64,000 nucleotides of DNA from Podospora anserina (Eukaryota): the NCBI GenBank assembly GCA_017654855.1, contig CM030336.1, forward strand, positions 496,001-560,000, given 5' to 3'. The translations under genes were made by a program, and so were the position numbers. This document shows positions 14,501 to 25,962 of the stretch, in pieces. Within the stretch, counting starts at the first letter, position 1; every line of letters begins with the position of its first letter. The notes under the pieces are model-generated. The model searched no databases and had not been told where the DNA came from. It saw nothing but the letters and a program-made list of their open reading frames with translations.

Positions 14501-16324
14501 GCGCTCAGCATTTCGTGGAAAGCCAGGGGACAGTCACTCTTGGTTATCGAACCTGACGAGCGGTTCCGGGAGTGCATCAAGGACGTCTGTGTCAAGCAGG
14601 GGATTTCGTTCCAGATATTCTCGACCGACGAGGAGCGCTGCAGGCGGGTACCAGAGATGACTTTTCTTCACCCGGCGCTTTCTCGACGCGAGATGAGGAA
14701 TTTGAACCTTCCGCAACGCGCCTTCGTTGTGGATATGCTCCCCAAGGGGAGCCGTCTCTCCGAGATGTTCAAAGCCACGGTGGATGAGCCCTCAGCGTAT
14801 CACCATCTCTCCTCGTTCGTGCGACCAGCGGCAGACTTGGAAGTCGATGGTGTCAATCCCGATGCTGGTGCATGCGTACACCTTGATAGAATTTGGGAGG
14901 GAGCTGTCACCTTGTCGCTTGCCAAGATGGAAACACTGGCCGATGATGCTGTCTCCCCTCTCCTCTCTGTACCGGCCTTGGTCGACTGTACAGAGCCGGT
15001 TGCGCCGTTTTCGGTCATTCACTGGAAGGCCGAGAGGGACATTCAACAGATCATCACCCCGCCTTATGGCCGTCAGCTGTTGAGTCCATCAAAGACCTAC
15101 CTTCTTGTTGGTCTGACAAGGGACTTTGGCCAGAGCCTCTGCACGCTCTTGGCTCAACAGGGGGCGCGCCACCTTGTCCTGGCGAGCCGGAACCCGCCCC
15201 GGCGGTCCCCAAGATGGGCAGAAGAGCTGACGAGAAAGGGCGTCCAACTCAGGTTTCAGACGCTGGATGTGACCAAGATGGAGCAAGTGACCGCCTTGAA
15301 GACCAAGATCGCACAGACCCTCAGATTCCCTCCCGTCGGGGGTGTTATCAACGGCGCCATGGTTCTCGACGACCGCGTCTTCTCTGAAATGTCCATCGAG
15401 TCCTTCCAGCGAGTCATGGCGCCCAAGACGATCGGTTCCAGCAATCTCGACGACGCGTTCTGCTCACCAGACATGGACTTTTTCATCATGACCTCGTCCT
15501 TCGCGGCCGTCGGCGGACATGCCGGCCAGTCTAACTATGCTGCGGCCAACATGTACATGAACGGCCTCGCCGCCTCGAGACGCCACCGCGGGTTTGTCGG
15601 TTCCATTCTCAACATTGGTGTCATTTACGGGCTGGGGTTCTTGCACCGCGAGAAGGAGAATCTCTACGAGGGTTTGGAGCGGGAGGGATACCCGCCTATT
15701 TCGGAACGGGATCTTCATCACATGTTTCTCGAGGCTATTGTTGCGGGAAAGCCGACAGAGGATCAGATCTACGACATCACTACCGGGTTGCGGCGGTTCC
15801 CGGTCGGGCGGCCTACCCTGCATTGGCACAGCGATCCGAGGTTTTGTCACTTTACTCGCGGCAGTGATGATCGGGACGAGGAAAGCGACGCTGGGTCTCA
15901 GCAGCTGAGCTTGAAAGAGCAGACTAGCCGCGGCGAGACGGAGGAGGATGTTGCCGAGATTCTCGTCCCGGCGTTTATCAAGAGATTACAGAATCAGCTC
16001 AAGCTGGCGGAGGGAACTGTGACAGCCGAGCAGAGCATTGTCGAGTTGGGTGTTGATTCACTGGCGGCAGTGGAGATTCGATCATGGGTCTGGAGGACGC
16101 TGGGCCATGATGTGGGGGTGATGAAGATTCTCAGCGGCATGACGATTAGTCAGTTGTGCAGGGAGATTGCAGCGGCCACCATGGCGGTTCGCGTGACGAC
16201 GCAGCAGAGTTTGGAGGCGACGGGAGTGCCTAGTGATGCCTCGGCGACGCCTCACACTACCTCTGTGGTTTCTGGTGCCGAGTTGGAGACGCATTCGGTG
16301 GCGACGACGGCAGCGGAGGAGTAG
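8539..16324 (+). CDS. Reducing iterative type I polyketide synthase, KS-AT-DH-(inactive cMT)-KR-ACP
   Basis: Exons 8539-10552, 10638-11695 and 11765-16324, with GT-AG introns that keep frame. KS: DTACSSS, ECHGAGT, KTVIGHTEG. AT: GHSSGE, TAYHS. DH: HHAFQGQSLLP. KR: GLTRDFG and GQSNYAAAN. ACP: LGVDSL. Confidence 0.93.
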
Positions 16325-17076
16325 ATGTTGAGTTTGGGTTCTTTGGTCGTCATGTTTGAGTTCAAGTATTGGAGTAGTGTAACAACAGAAGAGTGTGTAG
16401 TTTTCCGGTGTGTGTTGGGGGGGGGGATTGATTCTGCATATATATGACCAAAAGGAGGTTGGGACATTGGCTGGAAGGGTGTCTTTATTCGTTATACTGA
16501 AGGGATTGGATGCAAGTGATGTTTGGGTAGCGAATACAAAAAACATGGTATCCTGACTTGACTTCTCTGTGACATTGTGCGAGTCTCGGACTTGTATGTA
16601 TGTTGTAGAACATGACAGTCATCTCACGTGAGCGAGACTATACGATGTTTGATCCGAGAAAGGCCGTAAACCCGAGCAGTTGCATGTAGTGTATGGACTG
16701 TCGGATCAGGAACCCAATATCCGCGAGTGGCCTGGCCGGGTGTCGATCACCGGTGCCCGGAGCGGGGTCCTGGAACTTCAGGCTATGCAGCTGCGTTCCG
16801 GGGCACCTGTCGGGCCGCTGTGCAGCAGTTGTGCGCCTATTGGAGCTGCAGTGACGGTACCCAGGTATGCGAGGTGACGGGACGAGATGTGACAGTGGAC
16901 GAGCTGGAACGCGGGGGAGAAGGGAGGGGACGGGGAGGGGACGGGGAGGGGTCCGGTGGTCGGTGAGGGGGCTCCGTTTATAACATTCGCCTTTTGTTGG
17001 TCCCCCTTCCCACCACACGATCGCGCTAAACACCATCAACAACAGTACAAACCACCAGAGACAGAGCACATCAAAG

Positions 17077-18991
17077 ATGGCAACTCCAATCCCCTCCCAC
17101 CAACGCATCGTTCCCGGCAGCGTCAACCTCCCCCCTTACCCCTGGCCCGCCACCGCAAAAGACACAAGCGTCGACCCTGTTTCCATCGCCGAGTCTGTCA
17201 CTTCCAAGCTGAATGGCTCCCTCTCCTCGGGTGATTTCGCCTCAATCTCCGAGCTCTTCATCGACAACGGCTTCTGGCGCGATCACCTAGCCCTCTCCTG
17301 GACACCCCGCACGATCAAGACCTCTGCTGCCATAGCTGATTATCTTTCCTCATCTCCGACTAAGCTCAGTTCGGTACAGGTGGATTTGACGTCTGAGTTT
17401 CGGAAGCCGCAGATTGCGAGTTTCGCTCCGGGGGGCAGTCCGGATGTGAAGGGGATTGCGTTTTACATCAAGTGGGGGACTAGTCTTGGCACGGGAAGAG
17501 GGGTGGCGAGGCTTGTTCAGGAGGATGGAGAGTGGAAGATTTGGACCATGTTTACTTGTTTGGTGGAGTTGAAGGGGTGGGAGGAGAAGGTGGGGGCGAG
17601 GAGGGAGTTGGGCGTTGAGCATGGGAAACAAGAAGGGAGGAAGAACTGGAGGGAGAGGAGGGAGGGGGAGCAGGAGAAAGGGGAGGGGGAGGTGTTGGTT
17701 ATTGGTATGTTCATCACAGAGTGAGGAGAGGAATGATGACTAACGGTCGGTAGGAGCTGGGCAGTCAGGTCTGACGATTGCTGCGAGGTTGAAAATGTTG
17801 GGCGTGAAGACACTGGTCATTGATACGAATGAGAAGGTGGGCGACAACTGGCGGAAGAGATATCATCAGCTGGTGCTGCATGATCCAGTGTGGTACGACC
17901 ACATGCCGTATCTCCCCTTCCCTGAGCACTGGCCGGTTTTCACGCCAAAGGATAAACTGGCCGAGTGGTTTGAGTTTTATGCCAAGGCGCTCGAACTCAA
18001 CATCTGGACTTCTACCTCCCTTACATCTAGCAAATGGGATGAGGGCACCAAAACTTGGGAGGTAAAGGTGAACAAGGGGGGCAGAGAGGAGAGGGTTCTC
18101 AGGCCGAAACATATCGTTTTGTGTACGGGACACTCGGGCAAGAAGTTCATGCCTGATATCAAGGGGCTGAGCGAGGGGGTGTTTAAGGGGTTGGCGGTCC
18201 ACTCTGCTGATTTCGCCGGTGCGAAGCAGCAGCAAGAGGGGACTGAGAGAAAGAGAAAGGCGGTGGTGGTCGGGGCGTGTAATTCTGCTCACGATATCTG
18301 CCAGGATTACTACGAGAAGGGGTATGATGTCACCATGGTGCAGAGGTCGTCGACTTGTGTCGTGTCCAACAAGGCGGCTCTCAAGGTTTTGCTGGCGGTG
18401 CTGTACGAGGAGGGTGGACTGCCGGTCGAAGACAGCGACATCTGGCTTCATGGCTGGCCGAGTGAGGTTATGAAGAGCATACAGATCGATCTGGCCAGGA
18501 TTCAGCGGAAGATGGACGAGGATTTGTTGGAGGGGTTGGAAAAGGCCGGTTTCAGGACTGACAAGGGGGTGGATGAAGGGGGGTTGTTTATGAAGTATTT
18601 ACAACGGGGTGGGGGGTATTACATTGATGTGGGCATGTCGCAGCTGATTATTGATCGCAAGGTGAAAGTCAAGCAGGGGGAGGAGATTGAGGAGTTGGTG
18701 GAGAATGGGCTGAGGTTCAAGGATGGGGAGGTGCTGGAGGCGGATGAGATTGTGTTTGCTACTGGGTTCATGAATATGAGAACCCAGGCGAGGCATATTC
18801 TGGGAGATGAGGTTGCGGATAGGGTGGACGATGTTTGGGGATGGGATGAGGAGGGGGAGATGAGGGGGATCTGGAAGGGGAGCGGGCATCCGGGCTTTTG
18901 GTTCCATGGTGGCAATTTGGCCTTGACTAGATATTTCAGTAGGGTGACTGCGCTGCAGATCAAGGCGAGGCTGGAGGGATTGGGGGCCTAA
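17077..18991 (+). CDS. Flavin-containing monooxygenase (FMO/BVMO-like) with N-terminal extension
   Basis: Exons 17077-17704 and 17754-18991. Splicing restores the Rossmann motif VIGAGQSG. Also WRKRY...LHDP, the FMO fingerprint FKGLAVHSADF, a second Rossmann motif VVGACNSA, and FATGF. Confidence 0.9.
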
Positions 18992-19087
18992 GATTCAGTG
19001 GATATCTCGGCTGTGGGTTTACAAGACAGGCTTCAGGGGCGTCAACACCCAGCAATGTTGATTTCTTTTCCAACTCAAGAAAATCCT

Positions 19088-20416
19088 CTAGTTGTTCTTT
19101 GAACCCCCCCTCACACTATTCTCCAACCTGGCCATGGCTTCCTCATTCTGCTGCGTCAAATCCGCCTCGTTGGTGAACCGCCCAGCCTGTGTAAAAAAGA
19201 CCCTAGCCTTCTTCGGATCCTCATGGATATCCCTCTCGGCAAAGGCATAAGCGCGTCCAAGCATTCTCGCCACGTCAACAACATCCTGAGACCTCGGCCG
19301 CCTAACAGCATCATACGCGCCCAATGCCACCTCAATCTGGCTCGGCTGCTTCACCCTCTCAAACAAATGATCCAGCACCGCGGCATCCTCCAACGCCTGC
19401 GCAGCCCCATTCCCAGCAAACGGCAGACTAGCATGAGCGGCATCCCCCAGCATAGCCACCCTCCCCTTGAAGTACACCGGCGCGTTATCATGATCCCCCA
19501 CCGCCCAACTAGCCGACGTATCCTTGGCCACCAAATCGACAATGGCCCTCGCCTCTGGAGTGTAGTCTTTATACAGCCCGACATTTAGCTCTTTCTTTCT
19601 CCCCTTGTTATTATCCTTCCCAGGCCCGTCAACCTCCTTCTCGCCCAACGCCGCCCCCCTGACGGCAACCCCAGCGCTCAACCTCGTCCCCTTGTTCATC
19701 GGTATGCAATTCACATGCCCCCTCGGCCCAAGCAAAATCGGGACCGTCCTCGTAAACCTCTCCTCCACCCCGGCCTCGATCGCCTCCTCGGTGGTAACCA
19801 CCGTCCGATAGACCTGCCACCTGTCGTGATTAACCGGGTGTCTCGCCGGATGGTTCTCCCCAATGACATAACCCCTGACAACCGAACGTATCCCATCCGC
19901 CCCCAAAACACAATCCGCCTCCCCCTTTGTCCCATCCCCAAACTCAAACTTGACCTTCTCCTCCTCCGCCTCCTCCCAAATCTTTGTCAGTCTCTTCCCA
20001 AAGCTCACCTTCTCCCCCGGCACCAACCCAAGCAACCCAGCCAACAGATCCGCCCGACTGACGCTCTTTCGTCCTTTTGCCCTCCCCAACTCGGCGACCG
20101 GTTCTTGGTCAGCTCCCGTGTTGGCGTGAGGCCCACAAGCAAAAAAGATGTCAGTTGCCATTTCCGCTTCCGCGTCCTCACCGATGTTGATCGCCTTGTC
20201 GAGGTAAGCCTGGTGGACCTCCGGTCCGAGAAGCGCCATGGCCGCGAGGGCGTTGCGGTGGAGGGCCAGGCCGGCGCCGACGTCGGAATGGGCAGGGACG
20301 GCTTCGTAGACGTGGATGTCGAGGTGGGGTTTTTTGACGAGGGCGGCGGCGAGGGAGAGGCCGGCTATGCCGCCTCCCATTATGGCTATGGAGAGGGGGT
20401 GATGGGTGGAGCCCAT
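19088..20416 (-). CDS. FAD-dependent monooxygenase, salicylate hydroxylase-like
   Basis: ORF from MGSTHH. Motifs IMGGGIAGL, DVGAGL, GADGIRSVVR and LGDAAHASLPFAGNGAAQALED of group A flavoprotein hydroxylases. Confidence 0.9.
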   Translation of the reverse strand: MGSTHHPLSIAIMGGGIAGLSLAAALVKKPHLDIHVYEAVPAHSDVGAGLALHRNALAAMALLGPEVHQAYLDKAINIGEDAEAEMATDIFFACGPHANTGADQEPVAELGRAKGRKSVSRADLLAGLLGLVPGEKVSFGKRLTKIWEEAEEEKVKFEFGDGTKGEADCVLGADGIRSVVRGYVIGENHPARHPVNHDRWQVYRTVVTTEEAIEAGVEERFTRTVPILLGPRGHVNCIPMNKGTRLSAGVAVRGAALGEKEVDGPGKDNNKGRKKELNVGLYKDYTPEARAIVDLVAKDTSASWAVGDHDNAPVYFKGRVAMLGDAAHASLPFAGNGAAQALEDAAVLDHLFERVKQPSQIEVALGAYDAVRRPRSQDVVDVARMLGRAYAFAERDIHEDPKKARVFFTQAGRFTNEADLTQQNEEAMARLENSVRGGSKNN

Positions 20417-20900
20417 TTTGATGATGGTGGTGGTGGTTTGTTGTTGTGATGAGGGAAAGGAGAATAAAGCTGGCGAGTTTTCAAGGTGATGATGAGGGAT
20501 TGGAAAAGGGGGAAGAGAGTGGAAGGGCAAGCGTCACGTGTCAGAGACAAGAAGCGAGTGCCGTTGCCCCTTTTCCGCAACGGGCGCCGGGGGGGGGCAG
20601 AGTCATTCATTCACCTAGCGTTGCTCCGGGAGGAACGGAGGAAATGATGAGACCGAAAAGCGTGTTGATAAAAGCTACGGTGCTTCAGTAAGGCAGTCTC
20701 GTCTATCCAATCCGAATTCTAAATGCTGTCGTCATGTCGTGTCCAAAACCACATCATCTGTCTGCCAAATCGTGTCCGAAGAATGTTCGGTCAAATTTCC
20801 CCACAAGATCACACCAACCGAATCTCCCATCTCCAAGAGAAAACCCCCCTAACCTGATCATCAACCCCGGAAGCCACCGTGGCGGGGCCTCCGCCGCGAT

Positions 20901-22149
20901 TCAAGCGGTAAACTCATCCCCGGAGTTCTCCACCTTCTTCGGAACCATGGCCTTTCTGTAATCACCAAGTCAGCATTCTCCATCACTGCCACCGATCGTA
21001 GATGTTCAAGAACACTCACAAAACCTTATCCGCATCCTTCTCCTTAAACCTCACCTCAACCTCGGCATTCCCCACCAAAGCCTGCATCGAAACCTTCCTC
21101 TCCGTCGCCCCCCCACACCCAGGAGCCAAACCCCCCTTCTTCCGCGACGCCATCTGCCCCGGCTTCCCTAAAGGCGAGCCCCAAAAAGCATCATCCTCCT
21201 CCGCCCTCCTCCCCCTCCTCACAGGCGTAGGGGTAGGAAGAGCATCCTGAGCAGCAACAAACAACTCCGGCTTCTTGGGAGTGGTAGCGGCATCAATAAC
21301 ACTCTGATAAAACTCCTCGTCCTCACGAGACGGACCAGGGACGTGGTTGTTCTTGCTCCGCGCAGGCCATGGAGACGGAGACGCAGGACGGGGGGGAGGA
21401 GGGGAAGGAGGCGGCTTGTTGGCGTAGCGCTCCCGCTCCATCTCGCGCAATCTGATCGCCTTGGGATTTTCCTCCTCTGTATCCTCGACGACTTGGTCCT
21501 GCGCTGCGTCGTGGTAGACAGAGGCCGCGACCGGCTCGGACTTTGCGCCGAGGGGGGGGCTTGTGGACAAGGTGGTGGGGAGACGGATGGGCCATTTGCC
21601 GAGGGCGGCGAGGCCGTGGGGGACGGGCTGGGGAATCAGTGTGGCGCGGATGTAGTGGTAAAGAAGATCACGGTCTTCTTTGGGGAGGGCGGCGACGCGG
21701 GGCAGGTTGGCGGTTTGTGAACGGGCCTGGGTGAGGATGTACTTGATGGCATCCATGTGCTTCTTGTTAAAGCGGATGCGCCAGGCGATGCTGTTCTTCA
21801 AGCGGTCGGCCGTGTCGATGTCTTCGGGGTAGTTTTGGAAGGTGATCTCGATGAGGGTTCCGTTGCCGATGATGGAGTCGTCTTTGTCGACGTAGTGGTA
21901 GTACACTTGGCGGTTTAGGGAGGGGAGATCATCCTCCTGAAAGGAGATGGCGAGAAGGACGTGAGACTGGTCCTTCTCGAGGTTGCAGTAGACAGACAAA
22001 TGACCCTTGTTTGCACGGCGACAGAGGGTAGTGTCGGGGCGTTGCTGGCGGTGCCATTCGGATTGGGGGCCGACATGGATGAAGCTGACTGTGTTGGTGG
22101 GGAAGGATATGAGGTATGGAGGGATGAAGCTCCCAAGTGGTTGATCCAT
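20901..22149 (-). CDS. Hypothetical protein with a Pro-rich C-terminal half
   Basis: 377-aa ORF with gene-like codon bias. A terminal intron at 21019-20956 (GTGAGT...GCTGAC...ACAG) extends it to a TGA at 20901. The true start may lie further upstream. Confidence 0.6.
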
Positions 22150-22854
22150 GGTGAGAAGGGTGTGGTGTCCTTGCTGTGTGCAGATGAAGTGAAGGGTGCT
22201 GATGATGGAAGTGACAGATTAGCGTCTCGTTTAGTGGACGGAGAGGGGAGTCTTATACTTGAGAATTCTTCATCATCTTGCAAGTCTAACAGAGGTGGGT
22301 GTGGCCCATGACGGATATTGGCAAAGATAGAAAGCAGGGAGATCCGCAGCCATCCTTTGCTTTTAACCCACCACATCGTGGTACACCTCAGCGGATAGAA
22401 GCCTATCAATGGCGGAGTTGCAGGCGTATATTGCTAGACAGCTTTGTCGATGTCAAAGCAGGACAAACACCTGAACCTTTACGACTACTACAGAAAGGGT
22501 GTGGGACTTTAAACTCACTGACGTCATGTGGGATTTTCACTCACGACCATCACGTCGACCTGCCTTCACAAGACAAACGGAGTCTAAGAGTTCAAGAGGT
22601 ACAGTGAGCATCCACAAAAAGACAGCTGATTACTGAAAGAATTGGCTTCAAAGCATGTGGAAAGGTTGGGGAAAAGCCACAAAAGCAACTGGTGAAAACT
22701 TTGTGACCACATAAATGCAACTTTCTTTTTAGTTTTTTTAATGTTTTTTTTTAAATTTTTTTAATTTTTTTTTAAAAAAGAAAGGAAGCCCTCACACTCT
22801 TTTATTCTTCACTCATTCATTCTACCCAGCATCACACTGTCGAGTGCATGTACG

Positions 22855-23997
22855 ATGAGGTGGCTATCTTTCTTCACCGCGATGCTTGCATCACTCGCCC
22901 CCATCACCACCGCAGCACCCCGTCCCGCGGCCGCGTCCCACAACCTCGCACCCGCCCTCCTCCCACCAGACCAATCGGAAATCCCCAGACTGGTCCTCTA
23001 CTTCCAAACAACACACGACTCTCTAGGCCGCCCCATCTCCATGCTCCCCCTCGTAACAGTCAAACACATCGCCCTCACCCATCTAATCATCTGCTCCATC
23101 CACATGCACCAAAACGGCCACCTCCACCTCAACGACCACCTCCCCTCCCACCCCCGGTACAAAACCCTCTGGACCGAAGCCTCCATCATGAGATCCTCAG
23201 GCGTCAAGGTAATGGGCATGATCGGCGGCGCAGCCCCCGGCTCCTTTTCCCGCTCCACCCTCGACAGCCCCTCCGACGTCACCTTTGACCACTACTACCG
23301 CCAGCTCGCCTCCTTCATCAGGCGGTACAGCCTCCAAGGCTTGGACATCGACGTCGAGCAGCCCATGTCCCAGGGGGGGATCGCCCGGCTCATCCTCCGT
23401 CTGCGGTGGGACTTTGGCCCCGATTTCATCATCACCCTCGCCCCCGTCGCGAGCGGGCTCACCAACGAGTGGGGCGGGCTCAGCGGGTTCGACTATCGGG
23501 TTTTGGAACGGGATTATGGATCTCTTATCGATTTTTACAATGCTCAGTTCTACAATGGGTTCGGGTCGGTGCATTCGACGTCTCACTTTGAGAGGACGGT
23601 GGATGAGGGGTGGGATCCGGAGAAGATTGTCATCGGGCAGTTGACTGATCGGGGTGTGCATCAGCATGTTTCGCTGAACAGGACTGTTGTGCAGCTGAGG
23701 GGGAAGCTGGGAGTTATCGGGGGGATTATGGGGTGGGAGTACTTTAATGCTTTGCCGGGGGGGGCAGACGCGCCGTGGGAGTGGGCGCAGGTGATGACTC
23801 AAATCTTGAGGCCGGGTCTGGTTCCCGAGATGAAGATTGCAAAGGACGATGCGATCACGCTGATGGAGACGTGGGTAGAGAGTGCCTGGCCTGGGGCGGC
23901 GGTGATTTGTGCGAGTGTGGGAGGTGCTGGCAATGAGGCGTGCGTAGCCGACGCGGGTAGGCCGAATGTTGATTACATGGCCATGGTAAATGCTTAG
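22855..23997 (+). CDS. Secreted GH18 glycoside hydrolase, endo-beta-N-acetylglucosaminidase-like
   Basis: Signal peptide MRWLSFFTAMLASLAPITTA. Motifs RLVLYFQTTH, MIGGAAPGSF, catalytic LQGLDIDVE, YNAQFYNGFG and MGWEYFN. Confidence 0.85.
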   Translation: MRWLSFFTAMLASLAPITTAAPRPAAASHNLAPALLPPDQSEIPRLVLYFQTTHDSLGRPISMLPLVTVKHIALTHLIICSIHMHQNGHLHLNDHLPSHPRYKTLWTEASIMRSSGVKVMGMIGGAAPGSFSRSTLDSPSDVTFDHYYRQLASFIRRYSLQGLDIDVEQPMSQGGIARLILRLRWDFGPDFIITLAPVASGLTNEWGGLSGFDYRVLERDYGSLIDFYNAQFYNGFGSVHSTSHFERTVDEGWDPEKIVIGQLTDRGVHQHVSLNRTVVQLRGKLGVIGGIMGWEYFNALPGGADAPWEWAQVMTQILRPGLVPEMKIAKDDAITLMETWVESAWPGAAVICASVGGAGNEACVADAGRPNVDYMAMVNA

Positions 23998-24190
23998 CGG
24001 CTCGAGGGGAACCACATAGTATGTATGTTGTTTGTCCAGTAGTTTTTGTTTGCAGTAGTCAGTGTACTATCTTTTGATCCCAACACTCTCGTATCAATCA
24101 TAGGTCCAGTTCTCGATAAGGTCCACACCAGCAACCACCTCATCAACAGGATATGCTTCCGCCCTCCCCGGTCCAACACTACCTTCGCTG

Positions 24191-24622
24191 TTAACCCTTG
24201 CCCTTTCCCCCCTTTCCCTTCCCTCCCTTGCCCTTGCCCCCCTTTCCTTTGCCACCACCCTTCCCTTTGGCTCCCCCCTTTCCTTTCCCACCACCCTTTC
24301 CTTTCCCTCCACCTTTGCCCTTGCCAAGCTGACGAGGGTGAACAGCTTGACGACGTTAGCTAACCTGTACTTCTCGTGGAACAAGACAAAACATACCTCT
24401 ACCCACTAGGGACCCATGCTCGGTTTCATCCACAATCACATCAGCCGACAGAGTGTCGTCAACAGGGAGGACGACAGGCGGCGTTCCGGTCTCGTTGACC
24501 TCGGCGGGAGCAGCGTCTCGGAGCTGGAGCTCTTCTGATTGGGCTGGGATGCGGTGTCCAGTTGCGATGCTGGACAAAAGAAGGGCCACGAGCGCGGTGG
24601 AGAGGGATCTTGTGAGTTGCAT
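24191..24622 (-). CDS. Small secreted prepropeptide with a C-terminal Gly/Lys repeat (126 aa)
   Basis: Exon 1 is 24622-24397 and exon 2 is 24345-24191. The intron at 24396-24346 reads GTATGT...GCTAAC...AAG. The protein has a signal peptide, an acidic pro-region, then HPR-QL(GKGKGG)n...KGKG-stop. Confidence 0.8.
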
Positions 24623-24703
24623 TTTTTGTTGTGTGGGTTTTGATCTGAGGTGTCCTGCACCTGATATTGACAAACGATATGAACAAGAGATGATGGCCAG
24701 CAG

Positions 24704-25962
24704 TCAATGCCGTCGTAGAAGAGAACGAAGTGAGTGTGGTGAAGAAGCGAAAACGAAAACGAGAAGGCAAAACCAGACATGACCACCACTTATACCACCA
24801 CTGAAACCCTTTGCCTCCAATCCCAGGCATCTCCAGTCGAGCGGATCATCGCCTCCCCGGGTTTGTCCTCCGATCGTCAAGACCAATCGCTTGGCGACGT
24901 GGCGCTTCCCCGAACATCTTGACAGTTTGGTGGCGTCTTTCTTTTTCTTGTTTTGCAGGAGTCCATGTTTCGTCTTGTGGCTTTCGAGCGCGTCAATGAG
25001 TCGCGCAAAAATGCAGGGGGTCGGATGTCGGTCTGAGCCTGAAACTCCGTTTTTGGAGGTCTGTGAACTCAAAGTCGCTCTGCCATTTCCACCGATAGTA
25101 AGTAATAAATCTGCCGCGTCCACTTGTGGCTGGGTAATTTGTCGCGGGATAAACTTGGCAGAGAGCGTGTCAGAGAAATCGGTATGCATTCCATCATAGT
25201 CGTGTGGATCCTCTGGATCAAGATACACCACCCGAATCTCTTCCAGGTTGGTCATGCGTCTCAACACATTGTCCTCCAGCCCCTTGAACAGCTTCCAATG
25301 CCTGTCCAGCTCCTGTTCCAAGGGCAGAGTGGAGTGAGTCACTTGCGTATCCTTGCGAGTCTATCAACCTGATTGTCTACAACCCGGGTGCCTTTTGATG
25401 TGCAAATCGAAGGGCTTTGAGGTAAAATTCGCCACCTGACTCGTTTGCCCCCAGGAAGCCCCGTGGAAAGGCCCAAACAGTTCGTCCCAAAAATCGTAGT
25501 TTCCTGGATCATTGAGAGGGAGGTTTGTATGGGAAGTGGATGGCGATATGTTGTACAAATCTTGCATTGGGCCCAATCTGTCTGAAGAAGAGCTCGATTG
25601 CCGGAACGCGTATCTTCTAAAGGTTTATCCAACACCTTTCTTCGTCGGTAATATCGCTGAAACAGCACAGGACATCATGAAAGGCAAACTTGTTTTTCGA
25701 GTAGAAGGCCTGTGTGGCTGTGAAGTGGCGGCGCTTCGACTTTCAAAAGCTTTGTGGGTTTCTTGCGCCTGTGGACGGGTCGAAGCCGAGCAGAATCCTT
25801 CACAACCTCGCCAATGTACAGTGGACGGTGTATGATGAGGGGTTTGGAAAACATCATGAGCCGTATCTCGGCCGGGAGATGCAGCAAGCTCGTTGCGATG
25901 AAGATGATGAAGATGAAGAAGATGATGAAAAGGTTGAGCAAATGCTGGGAACAACACATCAA
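24704..25962 (-). pseudogene. Fragmented F-box-like hypothetical gene
   Basis: An F-box-like motif SLLHLPAEIRLMMF is followed by coding-like pieces in several frames with stops (e.g. LRRMTNLEEIRVVY). No clean splice model found. Confidence 0.3.

Noticed and set aside
22720-22780. Long T-rich tract upstream of the GH18 gene
   Set aside because: Simple low-complexity promoter-type tract; no element structure.
25895-25930. MKMMKMKKMMK ORF segment
   Set aside because: A GATGAA microsatellite read in frame, not a gene.
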